A stretch of 64,000 nucleotides of DNA from Somniosus microcephalus (GCA_052327205.1 CM126209.1:258292001-258356000); one strand, 5' to 3'; counted from the stretch's first letter, positions 10,546 through 23,405 are shown. The notes: generated from the sequence alone by a model not told the origin. Made by a program: numbers and translations.

Positions 10546-13014
10546 CTCATTGTTTCCAGTGTTGCTGTGATTTATAGAATTAATCATTCCTGGATTTTCT
10601 TTCCCGAAAGATTCATTCTGGACATAAGGCGTGTCTGTAGAAGTCCTGCATGTGTTGGGGTTGATGATGTCCCTCTTCGTCGACTGCAATGTTGAACACG
10701 ACTCATAGCGGAAACTCTGAGAAAGTGGATCACCCCCGAATACCTCAACATAGTTCGGTGGTATCTGAAGGTTTCTACTGGCCTTTTGAATTCCATTCAG
10801 AGAATTTCTTGTTTCAAAGCAGCAACAAACACCCAGGGAACACTGCTGTCCTCCCAAACCATTTCTGCTTTTATGAACCTTAACAGCCAGGATAATCAAA
10901 ATCACTAGAAAAATGATAGAAATTATCCCTAAGGCGATGACCAAGGAAAAGCTCATATCAGGATTGAATCCAGGGTCTTCAGGTAAATCACTCACATTAG
11001 AAAACATTTCAGTAGCGCTTCCCACCACAGATAGGATGATAGTCACAGTGGCAGAAAGGGATGGTGTTCCATTGTCTCTTACCACAATCACCAATCTTTG
11101 CTTAGAGGCATCTTTATTCGCAATACGACGGATAGCCCAAATTTCTCCAGTGTCTGGTGAAATAGTATAAAGGTTATGATGGGTGGCCTGAAAAATCTGA
11201 TAAGAAAGACGAGCATTCTGACCGGCGTCAGCATCAGTGGCCGATACCTTGGCAACCAAGTAGCCTGGTTCTGCAAGCCTGGATATTGTCTCTGTTGCTG
11301 TCGACCCATACTCGGGTAATGGCTGCACGATCACTGGAACATTGTCATTCTGATCAAGGATAACAACATCGACTGAAACGTTACTGGCGAGTGTTGGGAC
11401 TCCAGAATCCTGGACCTGAACTTGGATCTGAAAGTTTTTCAATTGCTCGTAGTCAAAAGATCTCTGAGCAAATATGACGCCACTCTCTGAGTTTATGGCG
11501 ACATAACTGGCTGCAGAGGCGCCCTGAACTTGAGTCTCCAGGATAGAGTAGTTCAGTCGAGCGTTCTGTCCTACATCTGGATCGACGGCTGTCACTGAGA
11601 ATATGGAAGTCCCAATGACGTTGTTCTCCATCACGTTTGCCGTGTATAAATGCTGCGTAAACCTTGGTGCGTTGTCATTTATATCCGAAACCTCTACCCG
11701 AATGGTTTTCTTGGATGTGAGAGGAAGGTTTCCCGCATCCCGGCATGTTATAATAACGTCATACCTGGAGATTTGTTCGCGGTCCAGTAGATGCTGAGTC
11801 AGCAGTCTATAATAATTCTTCAAAGAGGAATCTAGTTTAAAGGGCAGTTTATCTGACACTTGACATTGTACCTGCCCGTTTTGTCCCGAATCTTTGTCTG
11901 CTGCACTGAACAGAGCCACTACAGTCTCAAGCGGAGCGTCCTCGGAAACGGTACTCGACAAAGACCTCAACATGACCTCAGGTGCGTTATCATTCACATC
12001 AATAATGTCCACCAACACATCACAGTGCACCGGTATTGCGCCAGTACCTTTGTCCATTGCTTGTATGTTAATCTCAAAGGCACTGTTTTCCTCATAGTCC
12101 AAATTCCCTTTCAATCTGATTTCACCAGTTTTAGAATCTACGTCAAATAGTTCACGGGCCTTAGCGGCAGTGTGGCTACTAAGAGAGTACATTATCTCCC
12201 CATTGGGACCATCGTCCAAGTCAGTGGCGTTTAATGTGATTATCAGGGTTCCCTTGGGTGCAGTTTCCAACAGGCTGACCCTATACACCGACTGGGGAAA
12301 AACCGGCGCGTTGTCGTTAGCATCCTTTACTATGATTGTAACCTGAACAGTGCCCGATCTTACAGGGACCCCGCCGTCCTTGGCTATTAGCGTTAACCTG
12401 TGGGTGGATTCCGTTTCTCTATCCAAGGACCTCTGCAACACCAACACTGGCAACTTTCTTTCCCCTCTGCCCATCTGTACATCGAGAATAAAATAATCGT
12501 TCGGGAGGAGCTGGTAGGTTTGTACTGAGTTGGTTCCAATGTCCGGATCGTGCGCGGACTCGAGGGGGAAGCGCGCTCCCGCCGCTGCAAGCTCTAAGAT
12601 TTCAAGGCGGAGCTCATCCTTTGGAAAACTGGGAGCATTGTCATTTACATCGAGAATCTCCACTTCAACCTGATACAGATTGAGGGGATTTTCAAGCACA
12701 ACATCCAAGGTTAACACACAAGTGAGGCTCGGCCCGCATAGGTTTTCTCGGTCAATCTTTTCCTTGACAAACAAAATTCCATTGTCTAAATTTACGTCCA
12801 CATACTGTTTGCTGGAGCCGGGCACAATCCGCAAACTGCGAGCCGAGAGCTGCTTTACTTCTAAACCCAAATCGGCGGCGATATTCCCAACAAAGGCGCC
12901 CAGTTGCAGTTCTTCAGGAGTCGAATAACGAATCTGTCCAGAAACGAGATTCCACGAGGAGAACACACAGAACAATAGTTGGCATTTCAGCAAGAAATAT
13001 ATTTTAAATCTCAT
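10546..13014 (-). CDS. Clustered protocadherin variable exon V2
   Basis: Same architecture as V1. ATG at 13014, donor GAG|GTGAGG at 10546. Confidence 0.95.
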
Positions 13015-13219
13015 TTCCAGCGTAAAACATCCCAATTTTTTCAGTACGAGACCGCACCATTCATTATCCTTGAGCAGTTCTTTGGATATATATTTTAAAA
13101 ACTCGAAGAACTACGATGCACCAAATACCTCCACGTTTTGTGAATCGCTCGGCTTTTTTCATTTAAATCTTCTCATTTTGTCGAAAATTGCCACTGGATT
13201 CTTGCACAACTCGTTCGGA

Positions 13220-13432
13220 GCTGCTCGCTATCCAATGTTACACTGCGTCTGATCTTACGTGATGGTGGCTGGGTAGTGAAGGGGGCAGGCCGGATCACCA
13301 ATCACATCTCAGCTTCTGATTGGTGAACATAGGCACATTGAAATTCAACCAATCAGAATACTATTCGTTTCTTAAAGCTGGAAGGTCATAAATCTCAGCA
13401 GAACACTTACATTTATCGTTGTACAATTGAAA
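13220..13432 (-). promoter_or_regulatory. Conserved Pcdh promoter module, V2
   Basis: CCAAT 13298, ATTGG 13319, CCAAT 13349, plus GC box, TTACGTGA and TTCTTAAAG. Confidence 0.75.
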
Positions 13433-13684
13433 TTGTACTACGGTTTATTACAGTCTTGTTGATATTTCTGATTGTTGCGAACAAATTTTCTCTAGAACAG
13501 AATTACAATGAATAGTTTAAGATCAGATATAAAGAATCTGCTTAGAAGAAATAAAGGCATATGAACGTAAGGAGCCAGCATAAATCTTTGGGCCTATCAA
13601 TGAAATTCCATTTATATTCCATCTATGATCATTCCATCATGGCTTTCCAAATCCCCACCACCTGCTGATTACTACTTAAGGAAC

Positions 13685-16600
13685 TTCTATCGTAAGGGGA
13701 ACAGATAGGCGTTTCTGTGGCCGCAAACGTGACTCCAGGATGGTTTGTTGCCTCCCTGGGGCCAGGGTCATGGATGTCACTGTGCGGGTACAGGGCATTC
13801 TTAAGGGGGAGGGTGAGCAGGTAGAGGTCGTGGTCCACATTGGGACCAACGACATAGGTAGGAAGGGGGGATGAGGTCCTGCATCAAGAATTTAGGGAGC
13901 TAGGTAACAGATTAAAGAGCAGGACCTCAAAGGTTGTAATCTCTGGATTACTCCCAGTGCCACGTGCTAGTGAGTATAGGAATGGGAGGATAGAGCAGAT
14001 GAATGCGTGGCTAAAGAGTTGGTGTAGGGGGGAGGGTTTTACTTTCCTGGATCACTGGGCCTGCTTCTGGGAAAGGTGGGACTTGTACAAGTCGGACGGG
14101 TTGCACCTGAACCAGAGCGGGACAAATATCCTTACGGGGAGGTTTGCTAGCACGGTTGGGGGGGGGTTTAAACTAACTTGGCAGGGGGATGGGATACAGA
14201 GGGGAGCTGAAATAGGGGGTGATGTGCTGCCAATTATAGAGAAAAAAACAAGTCAGCTTGGTAGACAGGGCAAACATATAAGGGCAATGCTGGATGGCAT
14301 CTATTTTAATGCAAGGAGTCTTGCAAATAAGGTGGATGAACTGAAGGTTTTGATAAACACATGGGAGTATGATATTGTTGCTATCACGGAGACATGGTTG
14401 AGGGAGGGGCAAGACTGGCAGCTTAATATTCCGGGGTACAGAATCTTCAGGCGAGACAGAGGGGGAGGTATAAGAGGAGGGGGTGTCGCAATATTAATTA
14501 AGTAGTCAATTACTGCAGTAAGGAGGGATGATATATTAGCAGGTTCCTCGAATGAGGCCATATGGGTGGAGCTTAAAAACAAAAAAGGGGCAAGCCCTTT
14601 GCTGGGAGTGTACTATAGGCCTCCAAACAGTCAGGGGGAGATAGAGGAACAGATATGTAGGCAAATCTCAGAGAAATGTGCAAATAATAGGGTAATAATA
14701 ATGGGGGATTTCAACTTCTCCAATATTAAGTGGGATAGTCAGAGTGTGAAAGGCTCAGAGGGTGTAGAATTCTTAAAGTGCATCCAGGAGAGCTTTTTGA
14801 GCCAGCATGTAGAAAGTCCTACAAGAGAGGGGGCGGTACTGGACCTAATTCTAGGGAATGTGGCCGGCCAAGTGGAAAAAGTGCTAGTAGGTGAGCACTT
14901 TGGTGACAGTGACCATAATATGGTGAGATTTAAGGTGGTCATGGAAAAGGACAGGGATGGGCCGGAAATAAAGGTTCTAAATTGGGGGAAGGCCGATTTT
15001 AATAGGATAAGGCAGGATCTGGCCAAAATGGACTGGGATCAGCTACTTGTAGGAAAATCCGCATCGGAGCAATGGGAGGCTTTCAGAAGGGAGATTGAGA
15101 TCATACAATGGCAACATGTTCCCGTAAAGGTCAAGGGTGGTTCCAAAAACCACAGGGAACCTTGGATGTCAGGGGATATACGAGAATGGATTAGGAAAAA
15201 AAGGAGGGCTTTTGGCAGATACAAAAGGCTAAAGACGGAGGAAGCCCTAGAGGAGTACAAAAAGTGCAGGGGGATACTTAAAAAAGAAATTAGGAGATCA
15301 AGGAGGGGCCATGAAATAACACTGGTGAGCAAAATAAAGGAAAATCCTAAGATGTTTTATAAGTATATTAAGGGTAAGAGGATAACTAGGGAAAAAATAG
15401 GGCCCATTAGGGACAAAAGTGGCAATCTGTGTGTGGAGCCGGAAGATGTAGGAGGGGTTCTAAATGAATTTTTTGCATCTGTTTTCACTATGGAGAAGGA
15501 CGATGTAGACATAGAAATAGGGCGGGGGAACTGTGATATGCTCGAACATATTAACATCGAGAGGGAGGAGGTATTGGCGGTTTTAGCTGGCCTAAAAATG
15601 GATAAATCCCCAGGCCCGGATGAAATGTATCCCAGGCTGCTGTGTGAGGCAAAGGAAGAGATTGTGGGGGCTCTAACACATATATTCAGGACCTCTCTGG
15701 CCACAGGGGATGTGCCAGAGGACTGGAGAACCGCTAATGTAGTACCATTATTCAAGAAGGGAAGTAGGGAAAAACCGGGGAACTACAGGTCAGTGAGCCT
15801 AACATCAGTGGTGGGAAAATTATTGGAAAAAATTCTGAGGGACAAAATTTGTCTCCACTTGGAGAGGCAAGGATTAATCAGGGATAGTCAACATGGCTTT
15901 GTCAAGGGAAGATCATGTCTGACTAATTTGATTGAATTTTTTGAGGGGGTGACTAGGTGTGTGGATGAGGGTAACGCAGTGGATGTGGTATACATGGATT
16001 TCAGTAAGGCCTTCGATAAAGTCCCGCACAGGAGGCTGGTCAAGAAGGTAAGAGCCCATGGAATCCAGGGTGCCTTGGCACATTGGATACAAAACTGGCT
16101 TAGTGGCAGAAGGCAGAGGGTAATGGTCGAAGGTTGTTTTTGTGACTGGAAGCCTGTGGCCAGTGGGGTACCACAGGGATCGGTGCTGGGTCCCTTGCTG
16201 TTTGTGGTCTACATTAATGACTTGGATATGAATGTAAAAGGTATGATCAGTAAGTTCGCGGATGATACAAAAATTGGTAGGGTGGTAAATAGCGAGGAGG
16301 GTAGCCTCAGTCTGCAGGACGATATAGATGGGTTGGTCAGATGGGCGGAACAGTGGCAAATGGAATTTAACCTGGAAAAGTGCGAGGTGATGCACTTTGG
16401 GGGGACTAACAAGGCAAGGGAATACACAATGAATGGTAAGACCCTAGGCAAGATGGAGGGTCAGAGGGATCTGGGTGTGCAAGTACGCAGATCCCTGAAG
16501 GCGGCGGAACAGGTGGATAAGGTGGTAAAAAAGGCATATGGGGAATATAAGAGCAAGGAGGTTATGATGGAGCTGTATAAAACACTGGTTAGGCCACAGC

Positions 16601-17152
16601 TGGAATACTGTGTGCAGTTCTGGTCGCCACACTACAGGAAGGATGTGATCGCGTTGGAGAGGGTGCAGAGGAGGTTCACCAGGATGTTACCAGGGCAGGA
16701 GCGCTTCAGCTATGAAGAGAGACTGGGCAGATTGGGTTTGTTTCCTTGGAGCAGAGGAGGCTGAGGGGGGACATGATTGAGGTGTACAAAATTATGAGGG
16801 GCATAGATAGGATGGATGCTGAGGAGCTTTTTCCCTTAGTAGAAGGGTCAATAACTAGGGGGCATAGATTCAAGGTAAAGGGCGGGAGGTTTAGAGGGGA
16901 TTTGAGAAAGAACTTTTTCACCCAGAGGGTGGTTGGAGTCTGGAACTCACTGCCTGAAAGGGTTGTGGAGGCAGGAACCCTCACAACATTTAAGAAGCAT
17001 TTGGATGAGCACTTGAAATGCCATAGCATACAAGGCTACGGACCAAATGCTGGAATATGGGATTAGATTAGACAGGGCTTGATGGCCGGCACGGACACGA
17101 TGGGCCGAAGGGCCTCTATCCGTGCTGTATAACTCTATGACTCTATGACTCT
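13685..17152 (+). mobile_element. Young 5'-truncated CR1 LINE (SGNH-esterase ORF1 part plus APE-RT ORF2), inactivated
   Basis: ORF1 motifs CLPGARV, VHIGTND, DGLHLN. Endonuclease motifs NARSL, ITETWL, GDFN, SDH. RT motifs QGSVLGP, FADD. Stop at 14503-14505, small deletion near 16540, frameshift near 16745, (ACTCTATG)n tail, AAC TSD. Absent from other spacers. Confidence 0.95.
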
Positions 17153-19281
17153 AACACTAACTTATTACCCCGTCTTACCATAAAACAAACAATCGGTGCC
17201 ATTAAGATTTCAATAATTCTTCGCCTCTCTTCCAAACAGCGATCCATTCAGCCCCCTTATTAAATTGTTCTTCGACCTCGAATCAACTCATGTCCCTGTG
17301 CCACACATCCACTAACCTGTTAAATAACTTTTTTTCTAATCTGTAATCTTGCTCAATTATTGAGAACTTTCTGCTTACTTCGCCTAGTCTTACAATTAGT
17401 GTCCAAGCTAAGTCACTTGTTATCTTGAATTTCATACGTAGCTTTCAATAGTGTAAAGACTTGCATGCATATATCTCTCTATCTTCCTTTCTAAAGTGAA
17501 AATGAATGCAGGTCCCTTTAATCAAAACATACTAGATGGCCTAAAGGCATCCTGTTCACCCTTCAAACTCTTTCTAATTCAGGTATAACCCTACTGACCA
17601 TACTCCAGAGCTCGCCATAGGATTAATTTGTATAATGTCAGTATAACTTGTCATGATTTGAAAACCAATACTTCCAGGCTCTTCTCCATTCTCAACTTGC
17701 CTTATTACTAACACTTTTACATTCACTACATGCTTTCAGGGTATAATATATGATCACTTCCATAACTATTTATATTTACTTTTTCAGCCAAGGCCAGTGG
17801 AGAACTTTATTTGTTTATTTTATACTGGCTTACTGATACCTGCTAATATATCTATTATCTTATTTTTTAATCCATATTAACATGCATATTTCATACCGGA
17901 ATGCAACGTTTGTAATTGGTACATGTCATTCAGAGAATAATTATATTTCTTCCACCTTGCTACCTGCCCACATACCTCCGTGTTAATAGAAAAAGCAGTA
18001 ACACTACTACATCGTGTCTGTATGATTTATAAACTTTGTGAACGGTGGGAATACAAATGGATCCTTGAAAAAGTAACGGCTGGAAATAGTAACCAATGCT
18101 TCTAGCACTGAGCCAATTCTCATTCCACTTAGACCATGTGCCATCCATTCCATGAGTCTTAAACTCCAGAACCAGTCTCACTTGTGGACTGTTGTCAAAT
18201 GTCCATTGAAAATCTTAAGTAAACTATATCTAATGTTTTAACTGAACTTAGTTACCTCTCAAATAATTCCAATATATTGGTCAGGTGCTGCCTTTCATTT
18301 CTAAAACCTTTTTAGGATACCTGTGCTCCCCGGCAATCATTTGAAGCATCCTACAAATAGTTATCAAATGCTTTCTCTCATTGGATGTTGGGTGAACTGT
18401 TGTGTTATTACCCGTACAGTTCTTTACCCTTTTCTGGAATATTGAAACTGCACATTGTCCTTAGGTCCCTAGGTGCTGTATTTATAGAACTCAGAAAGTA
18501 TTAACAGGTCTCAATTAATGTTTCATTGTGACATGTTGTGGTGATTCAGCCAAACCTACAATCTCCTGCGGTAATTCGCCACTTTGATTTTAGTTGTGCC
18601 AACTATCATCCGTAGATTCAGGATGTGCTGATTATAATTCAAATCCAGGAGAGAAGGTTGGCACATTGCATTAGCACACTGCCCTTTTCGCTCTCGTGCA
18701 TGAGCTTCAATTCCAACCAGACTAATTGGCTGAAATGATCATCTCTCCTTTTGCTGTCAAGGGCCAAATATTACTGGTCCCTGTCACCTACCATATCTTT
18801 AGAGTGTGATGGGGTGTGAGGGAATGGCTGGAGTTGGAAGGTGCCGTCTCTCCAGAGAGGGCGAGATTTTTTGCATATTTTACGCATATGCACAGAAGTC
18901 CATTCACTGGTATCTAAACATCAGTTAAAAGAGATCCGGTGTAGGTACCAATTCACTGTTGACACTAATGTATTTGAAAATGATTAGTTTAAATGTTGAA
19001 CTGACATGAACTCAGTAGTTCTGCAAATTGTCTAAAGGCCACTGATACAAGACAACCTGATCAGTTAGGTTATTCTGGAACTCAGAAACCTCCTGATATT
19101 AAATAATTACAACTATCCATCTGAACCAGAACAACTTAGAAGTAAACAAACTGTTTACAGTACCTGGCAGCAGTAAAATTCTGCTGCCAATGAAAGTGTC
19201 CTGTACTTGCATGGATATAAATGTATGTTCAGTTCCACTCCAGATAGGTAAAATGCAACCGTTTAGAGAGTACGAGACAAC

Positions 19282-20026
19282 GACCCAGAAATTAGGGTCT
19301 CCACGAGTGAGTACGCACGGGGTACTCACCCGTAGGCCCAATGGAAGTGCCGGTTTCCTGCATGCATTGCGTATGCACGGGAAACCGGAACTTCCATTCC
19401 CCTGAAAGAAGGGGTTGAGAGGTGGAACGCGTGTGCCGCAGAGGCAGTGCATGCGCATCGAACTTACATTTTTTTCCAGGTTTTTCCAGGAGGGTAAGTC
19501 TCCAGGAGTTACACATATAAAAAGCAGGCACAAGGCCTGCTTTTAACAAGGTAAGTGGTGAATTAATTAAAATTAAAACATTTTTTCCACAGGTTTATTA
19601 TTTTTAAATACTTTATCTTTAGCCCCGTTAGATAATGCAATTAATTTTTTCAAAAAATTAAATTATTGTTTAAAATAGTTATTTTATATAATTTATAGTT
19701 ATTTTAAAAATGTGATTTTTTAAAAATAATTTTTTAAGTTTTAGTGATGTTTTGGGGCTTATAGTATTTATGGTTTTGACAGCTCTTCCTGTCAATGTTA
19801 TGAATGGGCATTCCCTGCCACCATTGGCTCTCTATGACCCACGTGATCCCAGTGGACGCATCGAACTAACTGCGCCCCTGGGATATGTAAGCACTGCGCG
19901 CCGGCAGTTGGAGGAGGCCCAGGATCGGAATCCCACGTGGGCCCACAGCACAACGGCCGGCGCGCTAGTTAACTGCACGTCGGAGGCTTGCACCTGCTGG
20001 AAGCCTCTGACCCTAATTTATGGACC
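19282..20026. mobile_element. MITE, probably PIF/Harbinger type
   Basis: TIRs GACCCAGAAATTAGGGTC / GACCCTAATTTATGGACC. The empty site GACAATGTCAAC is seen in paralogous spacers, with a degenerate 3-bp TSD (AAC/ATT). GC-rich ends, AT-rich core, non-coding. Confidence 0.8.
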
Positions 20027-20206
20027 ATTGTCAACATTGCTATATATCTAAATAAAATCCAGTGGGTTTAAAAGTGTGCACAGAATGATGTGGGCTCCCA
20101 GGACACTTGTTAAATCCAATTGAACAATGCATTGGAGTTACCTACATTCGCAAAGGAACGTAAACATATCCTGGGAGATACCACGAAAGAGTAATGATGC
20201 TGGCAT

Positions 20207-20353
20207 AAAAAGAGAAAATGCTGGAAATACTCAGCAGGTCAGGCAGCATCTGTGGAGAGATAAACAGAGTTAACGTTTAAGGTCGAGGACCCTTCATCAG
20301 AACTGAAAAATGTTGGAGATGTAGCAGGTTTTTAAGCAAGTGTAGGGGCAAGG
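20207..20353 (-). mobile_element. 147-bp Penelope terminal-repeat-like insertion with degenerate hammerhead ribozyme
   Basis: 9-bp TSD TGCTGGCAT. Minus strand reads AGTT-CTGATGA-AG-GGTC-CTC-GACC-T-TAAA-CGTT-AACT. Absent from paralogous spacers. Confidence 0.75.
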
Positions 20354-20517
20354 TGCTGGCATGTTGACTGGAATTGAAATAGTGCAGAAAACTGTAAATT
20401 TTGCATTTAAGATATCAGTCCTTTGCCCTCCTTTCAATGTGCTGGATTTCCCCAAAGAAATCTGTACATCCGAATCAAACATGCGAGGATTTTCCCCTCT
20501 TTTTGAAAGCACCTCAC

Positions 20518-22986
20518 CTCATTGTTTATTGTGTTGCTGTAATTTATAGAATTCATCATTCCTGGATTTTCTTTCCCGGTAGATTCATTCTGGACATAAT
20601 GCTTGTCTGTAGAAGCCCTGCAGGTGTTGGGGTTGATGAAGTCTCTCTTCGTCGATTGCAGTGTTGAACATGATTCGTAGCGGAAACTCTGAGAAAGTGG
20701 ATCACCCCCAAATACCTCAACATAGTTCGGTGGTATCTGAAGGTTTCTACTGGCCTTTTGAATTCCATTCAGAGAATTTCTGGTTTCAAAGCAGCAACAA
20801 ACACCCAGGGAACACTGCTGTCCTCCCAAACCATTTCTGCTTTCATGAAGCTTAACAGCCAGGATAATCAAAATCACTAGAAAAATGATAGAAATGATCC
20901 CTAAGGCGATGACCAAGGAAAGACTCATATCAGGATTGAATCCAGGGTCTTCAGGTAAACCACTCACATTAGAAAACATTTCAATATCGCTTCCCACCAC
21001 AGATAGGATGATAGTCACAGTGGCAGAAAGGGATGGTGTTCCATTGTCTCTTACCACAATCACCAATCTTTGCTTAGAGGCATCTTTATTCGCAATACGA
21101 CGGATAGTCCAAATTTCTCCAGTGTCTGGTGAAATAGTAAAAAGGTTATGATGGGTGGCCTGAAAAATCTGATAAGAAAGACGAGCATTCTGACCGGCGT
21201 CAGCATCAGTGGCCGATACCTTGGCAACCAAGTAGCCTGGTTCTGCACGCCTGGATATTGTCTCTGTTGCTGTTGACCCATACTCGGGTAATGGGTGCAC
21301 GATCACTGGAACATTGTCATTCTGATCAAGGATAACAACATCCACTGAAACGTTGCTGGCAAGTGTTGGGACTCCAGAATCCTGGACCTGAACTCGAATG
21401 TGAAAGTTTTTCAATTGCTCGTAGTCAAAAGATCTCTGAGCAAATATGACGCCACTCTCTGAGTTTATGGCGACATAACTGGCTGCTGAGGCGCCCTGAA
21501 CTTGAGTCTCCAGGATAGAGTAGTTCAGTCGAGCGTTCTGTCCTACATCTGGATCGAAGGCTGTCACTGAGAATATGGAAGTCCCAATGACGTTGTTCTC
21601 CATCACGTTTGCCGTGTATAAATGCTGCGTAAACCTTGGTGCGTTGTCATTTATATCCGAAACCTCTACCCGAATGGTTTTCTTGGAAGTGAGAGGAGGG
21701 TTTCCTGCATCCCGGCATGTTATAATAACGTCATACCTGGAGGTATGTTCGCGGTCCAGTAGATGCTGAATCAGCAGTCTATAATAGTTCTTCATAGATG
21801 AATCTAGTTTAAAGGGCAGTTTATCTGAAATTTTACATTGTACCTGCCCGTTTAGACCCGAATCTTTGTCTGCTGCACTGAACAGAGCGACTACCGTCCC
21901 AAGCGGAGCGTCCTCGGAAACGGTACTTGACAAAGACGTTAATATGACCTCAGGTGCGTTATCATTCACATCAATAATGTCCACCAAAACATTACAGTGC
22001 TCCGGTATTGCACCAGTACCCTTGTCCATTGCTTGTATGTTAATCTCAAAGGCAATGCTTTCTTCATAGTCCAAATTCCCTTTCACTCTGACTTCACCAG
22101 TTTTAGAATCAACCTCAAAAAATTCATGGACTTTAGCGGAAGTATGGCTACTGAGCGAGTACATTATCTCCCCATTGGGACCATCGTCCAAGTCAGTGGC
22201 GTTTACTGTGATTACCAGGGTTCCTGTGGGCGCACTTTCCAACAGGCTGACCCTATAAACCGACTGGGGGAAAACAGGTACGTTGTCGTTAATATCCTTT
22301 ACTATGATTGTAACCTGAACAGTGCCCGATCTTACAGGCACCCCGCCGTCCTTGGCTATTAGCTTTAGCCTGTGGGTGGATTCCGCTTCTCTATCCAAGG
22401 ACCTCTGCAACACCAACACTGGCAACTTTCTTTGCCCTCTGCCCATCTGTACATCGAGAATAAAATAATCGTTCGGGAGGAGCTGGTAGGTTTGTACTGA
22501 GTTGTTTCCAATGTCCGGATCGTGCGCGGACACGAGAGGGAAGCGCGCTCCCGGCGCAGCAAGCTCTAAGATTTCAAGGCGCAGCTCGTCCTTTGGAAAA
22601 CTGGGAGCATTGTCATTTACATCCAGAATCTCCACTTCAACCTGATACAGATTGAGGGGATTTTCAAGCACAACATCCAAGGTTAACACACAAGTGAGGC
22701 TCGGCCCGCATAGATTTTCTCTATCAATCTTCTCCTTAACAAACAAAATTCCATTATCTAAATTTACGTCCAAATACTGTTTGCTGGAGCCGGGTACAAT
22801 CCGTAAACTGCGAGCCGAGAGCTGCTTCACATCTAAACCCAAATCGGCGGCGATATTCCCAACAAAGGCGCCCAGTTGCAGTTCTTCAGGAATCGAATAA
22901 TGAATCCTCCCAGAAACAAGATTCCACGAGGAGAATACACAGAACAATAGTTGGCATTTCAGCAAACAATATATTTTAAATCTCAT
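20518..22986 (-). CDS. Clustered protocadherin variable exon V3
   Basis: Same architecture as V1. ATG at 22986, donor GAG|GTGAGG at 20518. Confidence 0.95.
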
Positions 22987-23190
22987 TTCCAGCGTGAAAC
23001 ATCCCAAATTTTTCAGTACGAGACCGCACCATTCATTACCCTTGAGCAGTTATGTGGATATATATTTTTAAAACTCGAAGAACTACGATGTACCAAATAC
23101 CTGCACGTTTTGTGAATCGCTCGGCTTATTTCATTTAAATCTTCTCATTTTGTCGAAAATTGCCACTGGATTCTTGCACAACTCGTTCGG

Positions 23191-23405
23191 AGCTGCTCGC
23201 TATCCAATGTTACACTGCGTCTGATCTTACGTGATGGTGGCTGGGTAGTGAAGGGGGCAGGCCGGATCACCAGTCACAGCTCAGCTTCTGATTGGTGAAC
23301 ACAGGCACATTGAAAGTCAACCAATCAGAATACTATTCGTTTCTTAAAGCTGCAAGGTCATAAACCGCAGCAGAACACTTACATTTATCGTTGTACAATT
23401 AAAAT
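23191..23405 (-). promoter_or_regulatory. Conserved Pcdh promoter module, V3
   Basis: ATTGG 23291 and CCAAT 23321, with the flanking motifs intact. Confidence 0.75.

Noticed and set aside
20434-20517. Longer C-terminal tails of the V3 and V6 ORFs
   Set aside because: They lie past the conserved GT donor and are intron read-through; the V3 extension is due to a 1-bp insertion.
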